Shown: one piece after another, positions 24,976 to 38,470 of the stretch
Position numbering within the stretch: the stretch's first letter is position 1
Layout of the letters: every line of letters begins with the position of its first letter
Origin: the human T2T-CHM13v2.0 reference genome, Homo sapiens
Assembly (NCBI RefSeq): GCF_009914755.1
Contig: NC_060927.1
DNA: 64,000 nucleotides
Direction: 5' to 3' (one strand)
Notes under the pieces: generated by a model
Database searches by the model: none
Told to the model about the DNA's origin: nothing
What the model saw: the letters and a program-made list of their open reading frames with translations, nothing else
Translations under genes and position numbers: made by a program

Positions 24976-26130
24976 ATCCTCCTTTCCACCCGTGAGTTTA
25001 TTTTGGTGTGTGTATATTTTTTTCTGAATTAATTTATATACTTTAGTGTGATTATCTTAAAAATGTAAGTATACTCTTCTACATAACCACAGTATAACAA
25101 TTAAATTCAGTAAATCAACTTTACTTTCTAATCCATAGATCCCATTCAACTTTTCACCAAATGTCTCAATAATATCCTTTATAGAAAAAAAATGGTTTTT
25201 TAGTCCACGATTATGTGTTGCATTTAGTTGCCTTGTCTCTACGTTCCTTCAATCTTGAACAGTTCTGTAATCTTCCTTTTTTATATGTGACCTTCACATT
25301 TTTGAAGAGTACGTTTTGTAGAATGTTCCTTAGTTTAGATTTGTGTGATGTTTCCTCATTGTGAGATTGAAATTGTGTATTTTTATGGCAGGAATACTAC
25401 AGAAACAATGCTGTATTCTTCTTAATCATATCAGGAGTCACATAAACGGAGTTAGTCTTGTAACCAAACCCACTTGCTTAAGGTGGTATCTGTTAGATTT
25501 ACTGTAAAATTATGGTTTTTCCTTTTGCAGTTAATAAATATTTTGTGGGGAGATACTTGGAGACTAGGTAAACATATTGCTCTTAAATAAACTTTCTTAG
25601 AGTGAAGAAGAGCATTCCCTTCTCCTCACTTATTTTTGTGTTTATTTATATCAACATGAGCTCATAAATTGCTGTTTTATTGAATGAGTTATAAATCACT
25701 AATATCATTATTTATTTTAATGCTCAAATGATCTCAGATGTGGTCCTCATGTTTTTCTGAGTACTTTCTTACCTTCTGGCACAAGAAAATGTTCCATAAG
25801 CATCTTGTACTTTCTGTGCCCAACTCTGGAATTAGCCATATCTTCAAGAAGACCTCCATCCATTATGGAAAATGGTATTTAGAAACCAAGATCTGGGGAT
25901 TGCGTGAGCTCATTGCTTCCAGGCCCTTTCAGGTAATAGGCTAGGAAACACAAACACACACGCGCGCCTATATCTGTTGCTCTGTCTATTTATATTAAAG
26001 ACTATGAGATCACACTGATAGCTGCATTTCCAATCTAACACCATAGACATAATCTGGCTTTTAACCCTTTCCATATTTGTAACTCCTTTCCCCAACAGTG
26101 AGGATAAGGTGGTTTCTGTTATCCTCAGAA
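24750..26130 (-). mobile_element. Old L1 (L1MC4/ME-like) 3' region
   Basis: AATAATTTCAGACTTATAGAAAA...GTTGCATTTAGTTG...TGGTATTTAGAAACCAAGATCTGGG, typical of L1MC/ME 3' ends. Confidence 0.65.
24868..24975 (+). repeat. (CT)n microsatellite, about 108 bp, near-pure
   Basis: Directly visible; gives the spurious SLSLSL ORF. Confidence 0.97.
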
Positions 26131-26869
26131 TACTTATGTATTTGCTCATTGCCCCTGTGGGTAAGGGCCCCTTTGGCCCTTAGTCTTTTTGGCCCCATCA
26201 TCCCTGATTTCTCAAGGAAAAGGAAAGGAAGTAGTCAAAATTTTTTAAATAAAAAAGAAGGAAATGATGAGAATAAGAGTTTCATGTTCTTTCTATACCA
26301 TAAAGTATCTGTATCTTCATGGCAAGGTAGGTATTAGAAATCATCATGCAATCTCTGTGAAGGTGTGAAGATGTCATGGAAACAAAAGTTTATAAAGACT
26401 GAGGGAAGAGTTCAATTATTTATTCACATAAATAAATAATTGCCATGTGTCAGGCACACTGTGAAAGATAGACGTAGCCCTTGCCCTTGTGAACCTATAA
26501 TCTAGTGGATTATTTTTATTATAGTTGCTATTTATTATGTCACACTTTGGCAACACTACATTAAGTACATTGAGCACTTTATTTATGTTATTTGATTTTA
26601 ATTCAGACAGAAACCCTATGGGAGAAATAGTCTTTTTTTCCAACTTTACAAAAAACGGAACTGAGGTTTTGAAAGATTAAGTAATCTTTCCAACATCACT
26701 GAGATAATTAGTAAGAGACCGGGATCTGCATTTAGTTTAGTCTGACTTCCGAGGCCTAACTCTAAACACTAGGGCTATATGAGAAAAAAATAAGGTGGAA
26801 TTATTCATCATGGTGGCATCCAGAAGGAATCATGATTTTTAAAATCTTGAATGCAAACTCTCCTATAGA

Positions 26870-27159
26870 ACTGTGCTATCCAGTACATTAACTACTAACC
26901 ACGTATGGTTATTAAGAGCATAAAGTGTGGCTAATTCAAATGGAGATATGCTGTAATTATGAAATACACAGCAGATCTCAAAGACATTAGAAAACAACTA
27001 ATGTAAAATATCTCAGTAATAATGTGTATATTGATTACAGGTTGAAAGATAATACTTTGGATAAATTGGGTAAAACAGATACACTTTTTTTTTTTACCAT
27101 CACAATAGCCAAAAGGTGGAAACAACCCAAATGTCCATCAATGGATAGATAAACTGCAG

Positions 27160-27219
<60 letters not shown>

Positions 27220-27677
27220 CAATGGAGTATTACTCAGGCTTAAAGACGATTGAAATTCTGATACATACTACAATATGGATGAACCATGAAGGCATGCTAA
27301 GTGAAATAAATTAGGCACAAAAGGACAGATACTGTTATGATTCCACTTATATAAGGTACCCAGAATTGTCAAATTCATAGAAATAGAAAGTAGAATAGGG
27401 TTATCAACAGCTGGTGGGAAGGAATGATGGGGAGAATTGTTTAATGGGTGTAGAATTTCATCTGGGGATGATGGGAAAATTCTGGAAATAGAGAGTAGTG
27501 ATGGTTGCATACCAGTGTAGTTGTACTTTATTTCACTGAGTTGCACACATGAAAAGGGTTAAAATGGTAATATGTTCTGTGTATTTACTATTATTTTTAA
27601 AAATTGGTTTTACTATTTCTAGAAAATTTAACATAACATACACGGCTTATATTATATCTCTATTAGATAGCATTGCT
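26870..27677. mobile_element. MER33 (hAT-Charlie) split by an L1MB insertion
   Basis: CTGTGCTATCCAGTAC...GTAAAATATCTCAGTAATAA...GGTTGAAAGATAATAC (to ~27082) resumes CTAGAAAATTTAAC...CTATTAGATAGCATTG (27610-27677). Confidence 0.65.
27097..27600 (+). mobile_element. L1MB-type 3' end containing a (TA)n tract at 27160-27212
   Basis: CACAATAGCCAAAAGGTGGAAACAACCCAAATGTCCATCAATGG...GTCAAATTCATAGAAATAGAAAGTAGAAT...GGTTAAAATGGTAA. Confidence 0.8.
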
Positions 27678-30430
27678 ATAGTATTGTATTATTAATACAG
27701 AAAATTAGTTATTTAAGAGATTTTGAGATATTAAATGATCCTACATTAGACTTTTCACCTCCTGATCAGTCAGCTTTGAAAGAGTTACAGGACAGCTTTT
27801 CACTTACAGTTGTATTAGTGACATAGACTTTTGAAATTAACTTTATGAAACTAGCCATTTGTTGTTTTAATAGTTCATTTTCCAGTTGCAGAGTATCCAT
27901 GCGGCCTCTGTTCAAGCACTAACATAATTGTCTCAGCCTATGTAGATCCTACAATATAATTATCTTAAAATTCCATCTCCGTTTAAGCTTCCTTGGGTCC
28001 ATGGAATTGATATTAGTTCATCAGTTAACTTTCAAAAGTTGACCCCTAGGACAGAAACTCTTCCCCTTTCCTGTGGCCTTTCTGTCACAGCATCTACCAA
28101 AAATAGGTATCTGTATGGGGAGGAAAGGAGGGAATGTATTGGGCTGACTCTTAGATATCATCCTACAGATAACTGAAAGAATTGTGAGTCCATAAACAGA
28201 ACACATTCTCTAAAGATGTCTTAGTCCCACCCACTGACAGGTGACCAAGCAACCAAATAAAGAAGGGAAATATCAAGAAAAACATTCCTAATCTTTTGGT
28301 GGTCGTGTTGTTGTTTTTTTTGTTTCGTTTTTTGTTGACTCTCTGAGCTTCGGTTTCCTCCTCTGTGAAGGTTTTGCACTGAAAAAGATGTCTTAGTTCT
28401 ATTTTAGTACTAACATTATGTGAGTCTGTGAATTAATGACTTTAAAATGATTCAGGGAAGCCTAATACTGTGCTTTTTGCTAGATTTTACAATTATTACT
28501 GCACATGTCTGCAAGGTGTTGACAGATATATATTGCTAATTCTAGAAAATATGAGGTATAAATTAATTTGTCTATTTATTTTGTTTCTATGAATTATAAA
28601 GGAAAAATGAATTCTTGTAGCAGAGCTAGATCACAGGACATCAGTTTCCCCCAGGCATGCCTACTTTTTCTTGACTCACATCCCAAATCCCATCCTTCCC
28701 ACTGTCCCCTCTGTATCCCAGATGGATCATGTAACCCTCATAGTGCTCCCAAGGCACCCAGAGTTTAACCATACTTTACCCTCAATCCCATGTTATTGCA
28801 ATTGCCAAGCATACTTGTCTCTCCCCCACTAATGGGAAGTTCTTGGGGTGCAGAGTGCACCTTCCACCTTTGCAGTTGCAGCCTCTGGCACATAGTCAAT
28901 ACACAACACATCATAGAATTGATGCATCTTTGAATGGATGAAGCATCTGACCTCTTTAACCAAATGAACAAAGGATGAGAGTAGCAGCCCCAGAGGAAAG
29001 CAACTTCAGAACAGCATCTCACTGAGCTAGAGGGTAAAAAAAATAAGAAAATTACACATATTAAACCAATTAGTCATTTTTCAATTCCAGGGTTGTAAAC
29101 TTTTGTCCTAACAGACATTTGACTAACAGCAAAATTGACAGTTAGAATTTCATGTATTATCCTGTTCTTAATGTTCCTTAAGAGTGGGATTATTTATATG
29201 TAAAATTGAAAGTTCTGGATAATCTACAAAATAGACAAATATCTCCAAGTTTACAGGTTTATTTAGGAACTGGTATAATGAGGGGAGCCTCTGTCTGCCT
29301 TTGATGCCTACCTATAGGCAGTGTTTAAGTATTAGACATTTTAGAGCATCATAATTTTCTCAAGTGAAAATGATAATAAGAGGTTAACTTTTTTAAAAAA
29401 TGAGGAAAACATGTTCTTGACCTCTGAAAATTGTTGTTGCAAATAAGCTGTACTCTCCAGTTTCCAGGGACTATCTCTTCATGTTCTTCAATAATGCCAA
29501 AATACCAGGTGACAGCTGTTTTAGCTCTAAGACATTCCTCAAGTGTCCTATTTTGATGTCATTATGTAATGCTTTTCTCTGGCATAGCTATCATCGTTCA
29601 GTAGCCTTGTTGACATATGTCACTGCATTGCTTTCTTCCTTGTGTGCCCATATTACTTTTCCAAATAGGCACTGGTTCTCTGAAATGTAGAGTAAAAGAG
29701 AGGGAAGGGATAATTCTAGCAACATCTCAGATTGGACCAGTGTCTTCTCCTTGGCTAAAAGATTCCTTTTGCACAGGAAAATACACGAGTTAGAAGTCTT
29801 TCTCCCCTCTCAGCCTTCCTTCTGTCTAAAAATGTTATTTCATTCTAATCCTGTTTTCTGTATTAATTGCACATCTTATAAAGAGGTATTATACCAACCG
29901 TGCTAAGCGTGGCACCTAGCACTGTGCTAGGTCTTGGTCCTTTAAAGACAAAACGTTGTCCTGTCTCTGTCGCTCAGGAACTCATAGTCTAATAGGAAAG
30001 GTGGTATGAGATTCTCATTTTAATAGGCTAGGTGTTCTGATGTAGGGCTGAGTAGCCTGTTGTCTAAGTCTTCCTGAGGTGGAGGTCAGGGAGGCTTCAC
30101 GGGGTGGGGGTGGGGATGCAACTATTTTAACTGGACACCTTGGGCAAGGAGCAGTAGGTTTCTGGCAGGAAAAGAGTAAGAAGGAGGGCATTCTAGGCAG
30201 AGGACACCGAGTCAACCCAGGCACCCTGGCAGGAAAGCGCAGGATGGCTTCAGCCCTTGCAGCTGCCCCGTGCCTTAAGGACAGGGCTATGGCATCCAGC
30301 TTTGTACTCATGAAAATTGTGTGGCTCAGCTTTAACTTTGGTACCACTGCATGCCCTGTATTTGACATAAAACCTTAGATAAACCACTTACGTCACAGCT
30401 TCTCCAAAGTGACCCCTGAATTCAAGCAAA

Positions 30431-31083
30431 CTCTTTTTTTTAATTCTTTAAGTTCTGGGCTACGTGTGCAGAACGTTCTGTTTTGTTACATAGGTATACA
30501 CGTGTCATGGTGGTTTGCTGCACCCATCAACCCATCACCTACATTAGGTATTTCTCCTAATATTATCCCTCCCCTAGCCCCCCACCCCCCTACAGGCCCG
30601 ATGTGTGATGTTCCCCTCCCTGTGTCCGTGTGTTTTCATTGTTCAGCTCCCACTTATGAGTAAGAACATGAGGTGTTGGTTTTCTGTCCTTGTGATAGTT
30701 TGCTGAGAATGATGGTTTCCAGCTTCATTCATGTCCCTGCAAAGGACATGAACTCATCCTTTTTTATGGCTGCATAGTATTCCATGGTGTATATTTGCCA
30801 CATTTTCTTAATCCAGTCTATCATTGATGGACATTTCGGTTGGTTCCAAGTCTTTGCTATTGTGAATAGTGACACAATAAACATACGTGTACATGTGATG
30901 CTATTGTGAATACTGCCACAATAAACATACATGTGTGTATGTCTTTATCATAGAATGATTTATAATCCTTTGGGTATATGCCCGGTAATGGGATTACTGG
31001 GTCAAATGGTATTTCTAGTTCTAGATCCTTGAGGAATCGCCACACTGTCTTCCACAATGGTTGAACTAATTTACACTCCCATC
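30431..31083 (-). mobile_element. 5'-truncated L1PA (L1PA7-like) with an internal 44-bp duplication
   Basis: L1PA 3'UTR and ORF2 end; TSD TCAAGCAAA at 30422-30430 and 31084-31092. Confidence 0.9.
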
Positions 31084-32269
31084 TCAAGCAAATTTATCCT
31101 GGTGCTCTGAGGGGGCCCCTGGTGTCACCTCAATACATGTTTGTTGATGAAGGATGCTGGGACCTCAGAGGCTGGCCTCACGGAGGGGCTAGAAATAGGT
31201 GAGGCTGCTCCCAGCAGCAGAACCAGTAGCATATGTTACAAGTGAGGTATTTCAACACTGCAAGGAGAATCTCGGCAGAAGGCTGCGGCACAATTCCAGG
31301 TGTGCTCCTTGGGTTGGGGCCTGATCCCAAGCAGCAGATAAGGAACGAGTAGCAAGAGACATGGAAAGATAAGAATTATGCAAGGAAGCAGAACCCCATG
31401 CAAATAAACTAGGTGCTGAGCAGAGCTATAGTCCTAACAGAGAAATTAAATGCATGGAGGAAACCAAGGGAAAAGTTTGGGCCTATACCCTGAGCAAATC
31501 AGGAGGTGATTGGAGAAAGACTGCTGTTCATGCTGTGTACAAGTACCCAGAACCCACTGCAGGGCTTCCAGAGAGCATCCCTAGGCAGTAAGACAATTCT
31601 AGACCCCCCTTTCTGGTGTGGGTGGGCTCCTGGTAACCTACAAAATTTGGTTTTGCTGGCTGAAGAACCAGACAGGACACAGTGTGAAGACTCAAGATCT
31701 TCCATTTTAGCCACTGGGCATGGTTGGAAAAACAAGACTGGCACCCAGGGTACTTCTTAGTTTCCAACAACTCCATGATTTGGCAGCCTAGGCCGGAGCC
31801 ACATGGCAAAGTGACAAGGGTATTCCTCCTTAGGCCAGCTTCACAATAGCTCCCCAGGAATACATTGTGCTATTCATTCTTAGTGTTCTGGTGCTTCATG
31901 TTAAGGTTCTTTGTCATTTTTCTTCAGTTAAGGAACACCATGCCACATACATAATAGGAACTCTGCTCTCAACCGCAAATAGCTTTAAATTAGAAGGACT
32001 AACCCCTCTCCCCCTTATTCAAAATGCATTGTGTGCCAAACCTGGTGTTTTAAAGCAATAGTTTTGAAACTTTCTAATTGCAGCCATACATCAGCTCTCC
32101 ATTCTCTCAGCTTCTTAAGTCCAGTCAGGGTGGTCCTGGTTAAAATGAATACATGAAAAACCTCTAATAGTAATCCAGATTTATGGTAGTACAATAGTAT
32201 TTATGGTAGTAAAAACATAAAATATAAAGATGGCCTTCTTTACAAAAAATTTATTATTTGCAATTATAT

Positions 32270-32890
32270 TCATTTCATTCATCTATTCAACAGTTATTTA
32301 TTACATGTCCACTATGTCCAGGCATATCTTGAATACTGGGGAGATTATATTTAAAAAGCAGATGGTATTGGTCCCTCCTATCTTGGAATGTAAAGTCTAT
32401 GGGAAGGATCAAATAAAAACAAGGTAACAAATCAGATGATAAGTACATCTTGTGATAGTGCTGTAATAGAAAGGAAGAGAAAATCATGACAGAGAACTGG
32501 GGGAGTGAGCGAACCTCAGATGTCAGAGGAGACCTCTCTCTGAAGAGGCCATTTAACCTGAGATGGGAGTGATGTGAAGGAGCTAGAGGAGGAAGCGTTC
32601 AGGTCTGAGAACAATAGGTGTGAAGGCTCCGGGGCAAGAAAGGAGTTTCCATGTTCTAGGCACTCCAGGAGGTCAGCATGGCTGGGGTATTGTGAGCCAA
32701 AGAGGAGGCAGTGGGATTGAAGGAGGAATTAGGGTCCCAGTTAGGGGAGCCCTGGGGGTGGTGCTAGGGAGTGTGAGTGTTATTTTAAGTATAAAAGCAG
32801 ACTGCTGCGATGTTTTAACCTGGAAGTTTACATGATCCTATTTACCTTTTGGAAAGATCTTTTTGGCTCTCGTATGGAGAATGGAAGGGT
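32270..32890. mobile_element. L2 fragment
   Basis: CATTTCATTCATCTATTCAACAG...ACTATGTCCAGGCA...TGGAAAGATCTTTTTGGCT...TGGAGAATGGA, L2 3' region read in reverse. Confidence 0.6.
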
Positions 32891-35800
32891 CGAAGTGGTT
32901 GCTGGGGGTCCAAATACTGCCTGAACAGGGTACTCCCAGGCCGTGCGCTGGGTAGACCCAAGGAAAATGACCTGGGAATTCATGGACTGTAGGCAGCCTA
33001 TCATTAATTTTCCTTCACACGGCTCTTCCTCTAAAGGCCAAAAGCATTTCTCTCTGCCTGATGATTAACAGAAGAAAAGGTGTCAGAAGTGCTGTCTTTC
33101 AGGTGGTCCAGTAAGGTAGGTCCCGGCCCTAACGCTTTGTACAATGTCCTAGATCTGCTATCATTTTCACTTTGCAGGTTGGTTAAATTCATGCCAACTT
33201 CCCAGTGTTCTTCACCTTTGTTCCTGGTACAAATAAGGTATTCAATAAATATTCATTACATTAACTTCACTTGGATTTCTAGTGGTCTGGGTAGAGAGGG
33301 AGAATTAGAGATAGCACTGGGGTCCTCTTTACCTCCTATGTGGAGAGGATATATTTGTCAGGTGGTTACCATGGCTCTTAAAGTATTACTATTTTCAGTC
33401 TATGACAGATACAGTTCAGAGCTGAAAAACATGACTCTCCGCTAGAATAAAAGGTGCTGTATACATACAAAAAGTTTTTTAAGAGCATCTGGTTAGAGTT
33501 TAATGTGGCTGAAAACATTCCTATTTTTTTTTTCCTGTTTCAGTTACTCAATTTTGGCTAAAAGTGTGCTTTGGAGATTTTCCAAAATAAAAATTCTGAG
33601 GTGAGAGATATTTCAACCCCAACAATAACTTGAAAATTGGAAGTTGGAATAGGAACGCTGTCACCAGCACTATGATGATTCAATTACATGTGAGAAGTCT
33701 AGTTTCTGACCATTCAACTGCACACTTCAGCTACAGGCATCAGTGTTTCCCTTGTTTTCTTTCACAGTGAGTAGATTTAGGGGCAGAAATGAGAATGATG
33801 AGAGAAAGCAAGAGGCTGAGGAGTACAGGCCTTTCCATTGGCCCCCAGGTCACAGCTGGTGACCCTGACCTTCTCAGCAGCCTCATGTGATTAGGAGCCT
33901 GCAGCAAACCAGTCACGGGGTAGGTCCTGGTTCCCTCCCTGTCCTCGCAGTCCTCACCACCCAGCACCAATAGCCTTGCTTGAACATCAAGGACATCCTA
34001 GAGGAGGAAATACATCCCCAAATGGCAAAAGGCCACCTGGGCCCGTGTGAGAAAGCAGGGGACAGCACTCCTCAGCGAGGTAGTAAACACAAGGCTCTGG
34101 GGACAGGACCTGGCACTATATGCTGTCTAGTAGCAGCAGCAGTTGCTGCTGCTGCTCTTTATTATTGATGTCAATGGTTTATAAATTGATGAGATGTATA
34201 TGCGTTCACATGTCAGGTACTAACTCTCAGATCCCCGTTTTCAGTCTGTACCTCATCCCCACCAGCCATTCCTGCACAATCCCTCAGGCACTGCTTGACG
34301 CTTCCCTTTGAGTAAGGGCTGTTTATTCTCTGTATTTTAGAGCTGCCCCTGTTCACAGTACTTGCATTATTCCAATATCTCCATTCGGCAATTGCCATTT
34401 CTTCTTAGTGCCACTCCAAATCTCTTTATTGGGAGAGGTCAGTCTTCGGAAGTGAAAGAAATATATAAATGCACCATTCTAGCCACACCATTTATTCCCT
34501 GGCTTCCTCCTCTTTCCCATAGGGAGGGTGGTTTTGTTATCATGTTACTCTAGTGCTTCTCATGACGGAACATAACTCAATTTCTTCAGTCATCTTTTGC
34601 ACTTCACTGAAGAGCTCTGTGATCTCAGGTGCTTCGTTTTGCTGGAAAGGGAAGAGCGGGACACATCTGATCCCTCACTTAGAAAAGCAGGAAATAATCA
34701 TTTTAGTTAGGGGCCTGGGAGACACATCTGTTTGCAAAAGGAAGGAGTTGCTGTTTCTCTGGCTGTCTGCTTCCTTCCATCTGTCCCAAGCCCACCCTTG
34801 GAAGTTATAGCTGAGCAACTCTCAGTGAAATAAATGTTGTAACGGGTCAAGTAATTAGCAGGCAGAATTATGATTGGGCTGTAACCTAACTCTAATCGCT
34901 GACCTCAGATAATTAATTTCATATGACATAACACCTTAGCTGTGTGCTGGCTTAAAAGTTTCCACTTGTCTCTCTCTTTTAGCTAGATTGCATTTTCTAT
35001 TTCTGGATTTGTCCTGTTGATGAGTCAGGTGGCCCCAGACTCTTCCTGTGGATGAAAGGGGCATCCTGACTTGGACATATTTTCTACATATGTAAATTAC
35101 AAAAAGGAAAAACTCTGTGTCCTTTTTTTGGCATAAAAGTAAGGGAAACTGGAGGGTTGAGTGAGGAAGGTATAAACTAGCCAGTGTAAATAAACTCTAG
35201 CCCTAGGGCATGAATGCAGCAAGATGTACAACAGAGAAAATGGTGCTCTGGAACAATGCTTTTCTATATTAAAAACAGCCATTATAAGGAACTTGTGGTA
35301 TAAAGGGTCATGTTAATATTTGCCACCAAGTTAAAAAAAATTTACAAAATAAGATATAACGTCTGTATGATGATCTATGTATTCCTATGCCACAGTGAGT
35401 GGCTTTGTCTCTTCCCCTGTAGTACATGTGGAAATTGTCACTCTACCCATATCCCTGAGTCCTAGAACTGTTCCTACAGCTAGTGGGCTCACTGGGGTCT
35501 CACCTGCTTTGACTTTCGTAATGGAATTTGCTACATGAGTTCAGAGAGATGGTATGCTTTTCATGTTTTTTTAAAATTCACATGGTGAATTATCTTGTAT
35601 ACTGAAAAGACAGTTGAAAACCAAAATCATCTTTGAATGCCTAGTTTTGTTTAATAATCAAAGGAAGCTACTGTGCATTATGCCAAGTTGTAATTATTAG
35701 GAACCTAAAATAGTTGTACTTCTCTTGAGTAATTGATTGTTTTGTCATTGTCATTTTAGCTTATGCATACTATGAATAGTGACCAGGTTTCCTTTTTCAC

Positions 35801-36050
35801 ATGGGTTCCTACAAACGTAGAATCAAATTTGTGCCCCATCAGTAGCAAATGTATAGGCCATTATATCTTTATCATAAGTCTTGGATTAATTTCAGGTCCA
35901 ATTCTTATTTTTCTTTCATATTCACTCCCACTTTTAATTTATATAGTCTTTTTTTGTAACCTTGTAAGCTGCCTTAAATTTTTTTCTAGAATAAGATGAT
36001 CTATAGTTAACTAAGAGCTAGATATTGAAAACACAAAAGAAGAAAGTTGG

Positions 36051-36405
<355 letters not shown>

Positions 36406-37849
36406 TCAGTCACTTAACCTTCCTAAGTTTCAAATCTGTAAATTGCTGACGTCCAGCATATTTGTGGGACTCAAAATCATTTTTAAATAATGAACATGAA
36501 CACAGTTTATAAATTCTACCCTTATAAATTATAGAGCTCTATGTAGCTTTGTTGTGATTATTTTAAAGCCATTTTCAACTGAGGCAATTCTCCATTGCCA
36601 AACCCTTGGCCTAATCCTCATTCATCTCTGTCCAGTAGAAGGCACTTCCCTCGAGAGCAGGGCCCAGGCTCTTCTGAGAGCTTTCCATGGGTCCAGCCAA
36701 GAACCAGAATCCTTACAGCACATAGAGACAATGTCGTCTTTCCCAGGATGGCTCTAAAACCTCCAAGCCCGACAGAGTTCTGTACCTTAGCTGTTCCAGG
36801 GCTAGGAAATCTAATTATCTAGCTGCAAAACAGCTAGCCAGGAAATCCTGTTTACCTCAGTGTCTCAGTATCATCTAGGAGATTTGGTGAGGACATTTGC
36901 ACAAAATTCCCCAGTCAGGGACCTTCCACCCCATATATAGTTCCCAGTGGGATTTGGGGACCCCAAGAGCATCCCATCTCTCACTTAGAAACTTATGGGA
37001 CCATCATCTCACTGCTTACATAATCCCACAATTAGAACCTCTTGACAAAGGAGTCTGTGGAATGGAGGGCGTGGAGACAGACCTTGGTGATCACTGTTCA
37101 GCCGCTGTTACTAGTGATCTTGTTGAAGTAGTTGTGCTTTCAGGTGAAGGGAAGCAGGAAGAAAGGCTGGTAAGTACAGCCCAAATGATCCATTACTGTC
37201 AGTCTAGTTATCTTCTTAAAGTAGATTCTGGTTAGGTAAAAGCCTCTCTTAGGTCCCATCAGTGCCATGATTAAAGCCAGACACCCCAGCATGACAGGAG
37301 ACAGCACACGAAGGAGGACAAGAGTGAGTTTCTGCACTATCTGTGTGAGAATGCTTGCTCTGCCTATATGACAGCCAAGGAACCTGGACCAGGCCTCATG
37401 CCTTGTCAAGCCTGGGCTATGAAACATGGAGATAATAATGAGGATTCAACTGTCCAGGCAAAGTGCTTAGCACAATGCCAGCCTTTCTCACATCTGTGAC
37501 TTTGCACATGTTGTTCTGGAACGTTCTTTTCCTGGTCTGTGCACTGAACTTCTACCCTTCAACATCCTCTTGAGACTTGCCTCTTTCTTGCCTTTCCTAA
37601 AATACAGCAACAAATCCTCACCCCAGCAGAATGTAGAGTTCTGCCCTTCTCTGCACATTTTAATTATTAATTATCTTTGTCACAAGATTTATTATTAGAT
37701 ATTATATTTACTTCATTAAGACACCAAAAAAATCCAATTGATCTTAAAAATAAACATAACATATGGTAGAGAGATTGTTAATGTTTTTTGCAACTTTAAA
37801 CACCATTAGAAATTTTATGCTGTGAAAGACAAGCCAATAGCTAAATGCA

Positions 37850-38470
37850 TATTTTAATTGAGTTATAATTTACATTTATTGAGGTACTCACATCTTAAGT
37901 GTACTGTTCAATCAGTTTTTACCAAGACCTAGAACATTTTCATCACACCTAAAAGTTCCTTAAGATCCCTTCCCAATCAAACCCACCCCACTCCCCACAC
38001 CCATATACACAGAAGCAACAGCTGATCTGACTTCTATCGGCATATGTTAATGTTGCCTACTCTAGAAGTTCCTATAAATGAAATCATACAGGATGTACTT
38101 CATCATATCTGCTCCTTTCACTCAGTAATGCTTTTGAGATTAATCCACGTTGTTGCATTTGTCAGCTATCTATTCCTTTTATTACTCAGTAGCGTCTACT
38201 GTATGAATATGCCATCGTTTATCCGTTCTCTCTTGTTGATGGGCATCTATCAGAATTTTTTTATTTTAACTTTTAACTATCATAGAGTAAAATTGGCCTT
38301 TTTTTCTTTTGGCATACAGGTCTATGAATTTTAATACTGTACAGATTTGTGTGGGTGCCACCACAGTCAGTATACAGACAGTATCATGAGATAACTCCCA
38401 GGTGCTTCCCTTTATATTACCCCCTACCACCCCTAGCCCGTACCTCACACCTGTTCTCCATCACTGTAGT
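37850..38470 (-). mobile_element. Old L1 (L1ME/MC) 3' fragments
   Basis: TTTTAATTGAGTTATAATTTACAT...ATAAATGAAATCATACAGGATGTAC...; second fragment from ~38260. Confidence 0.6.
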
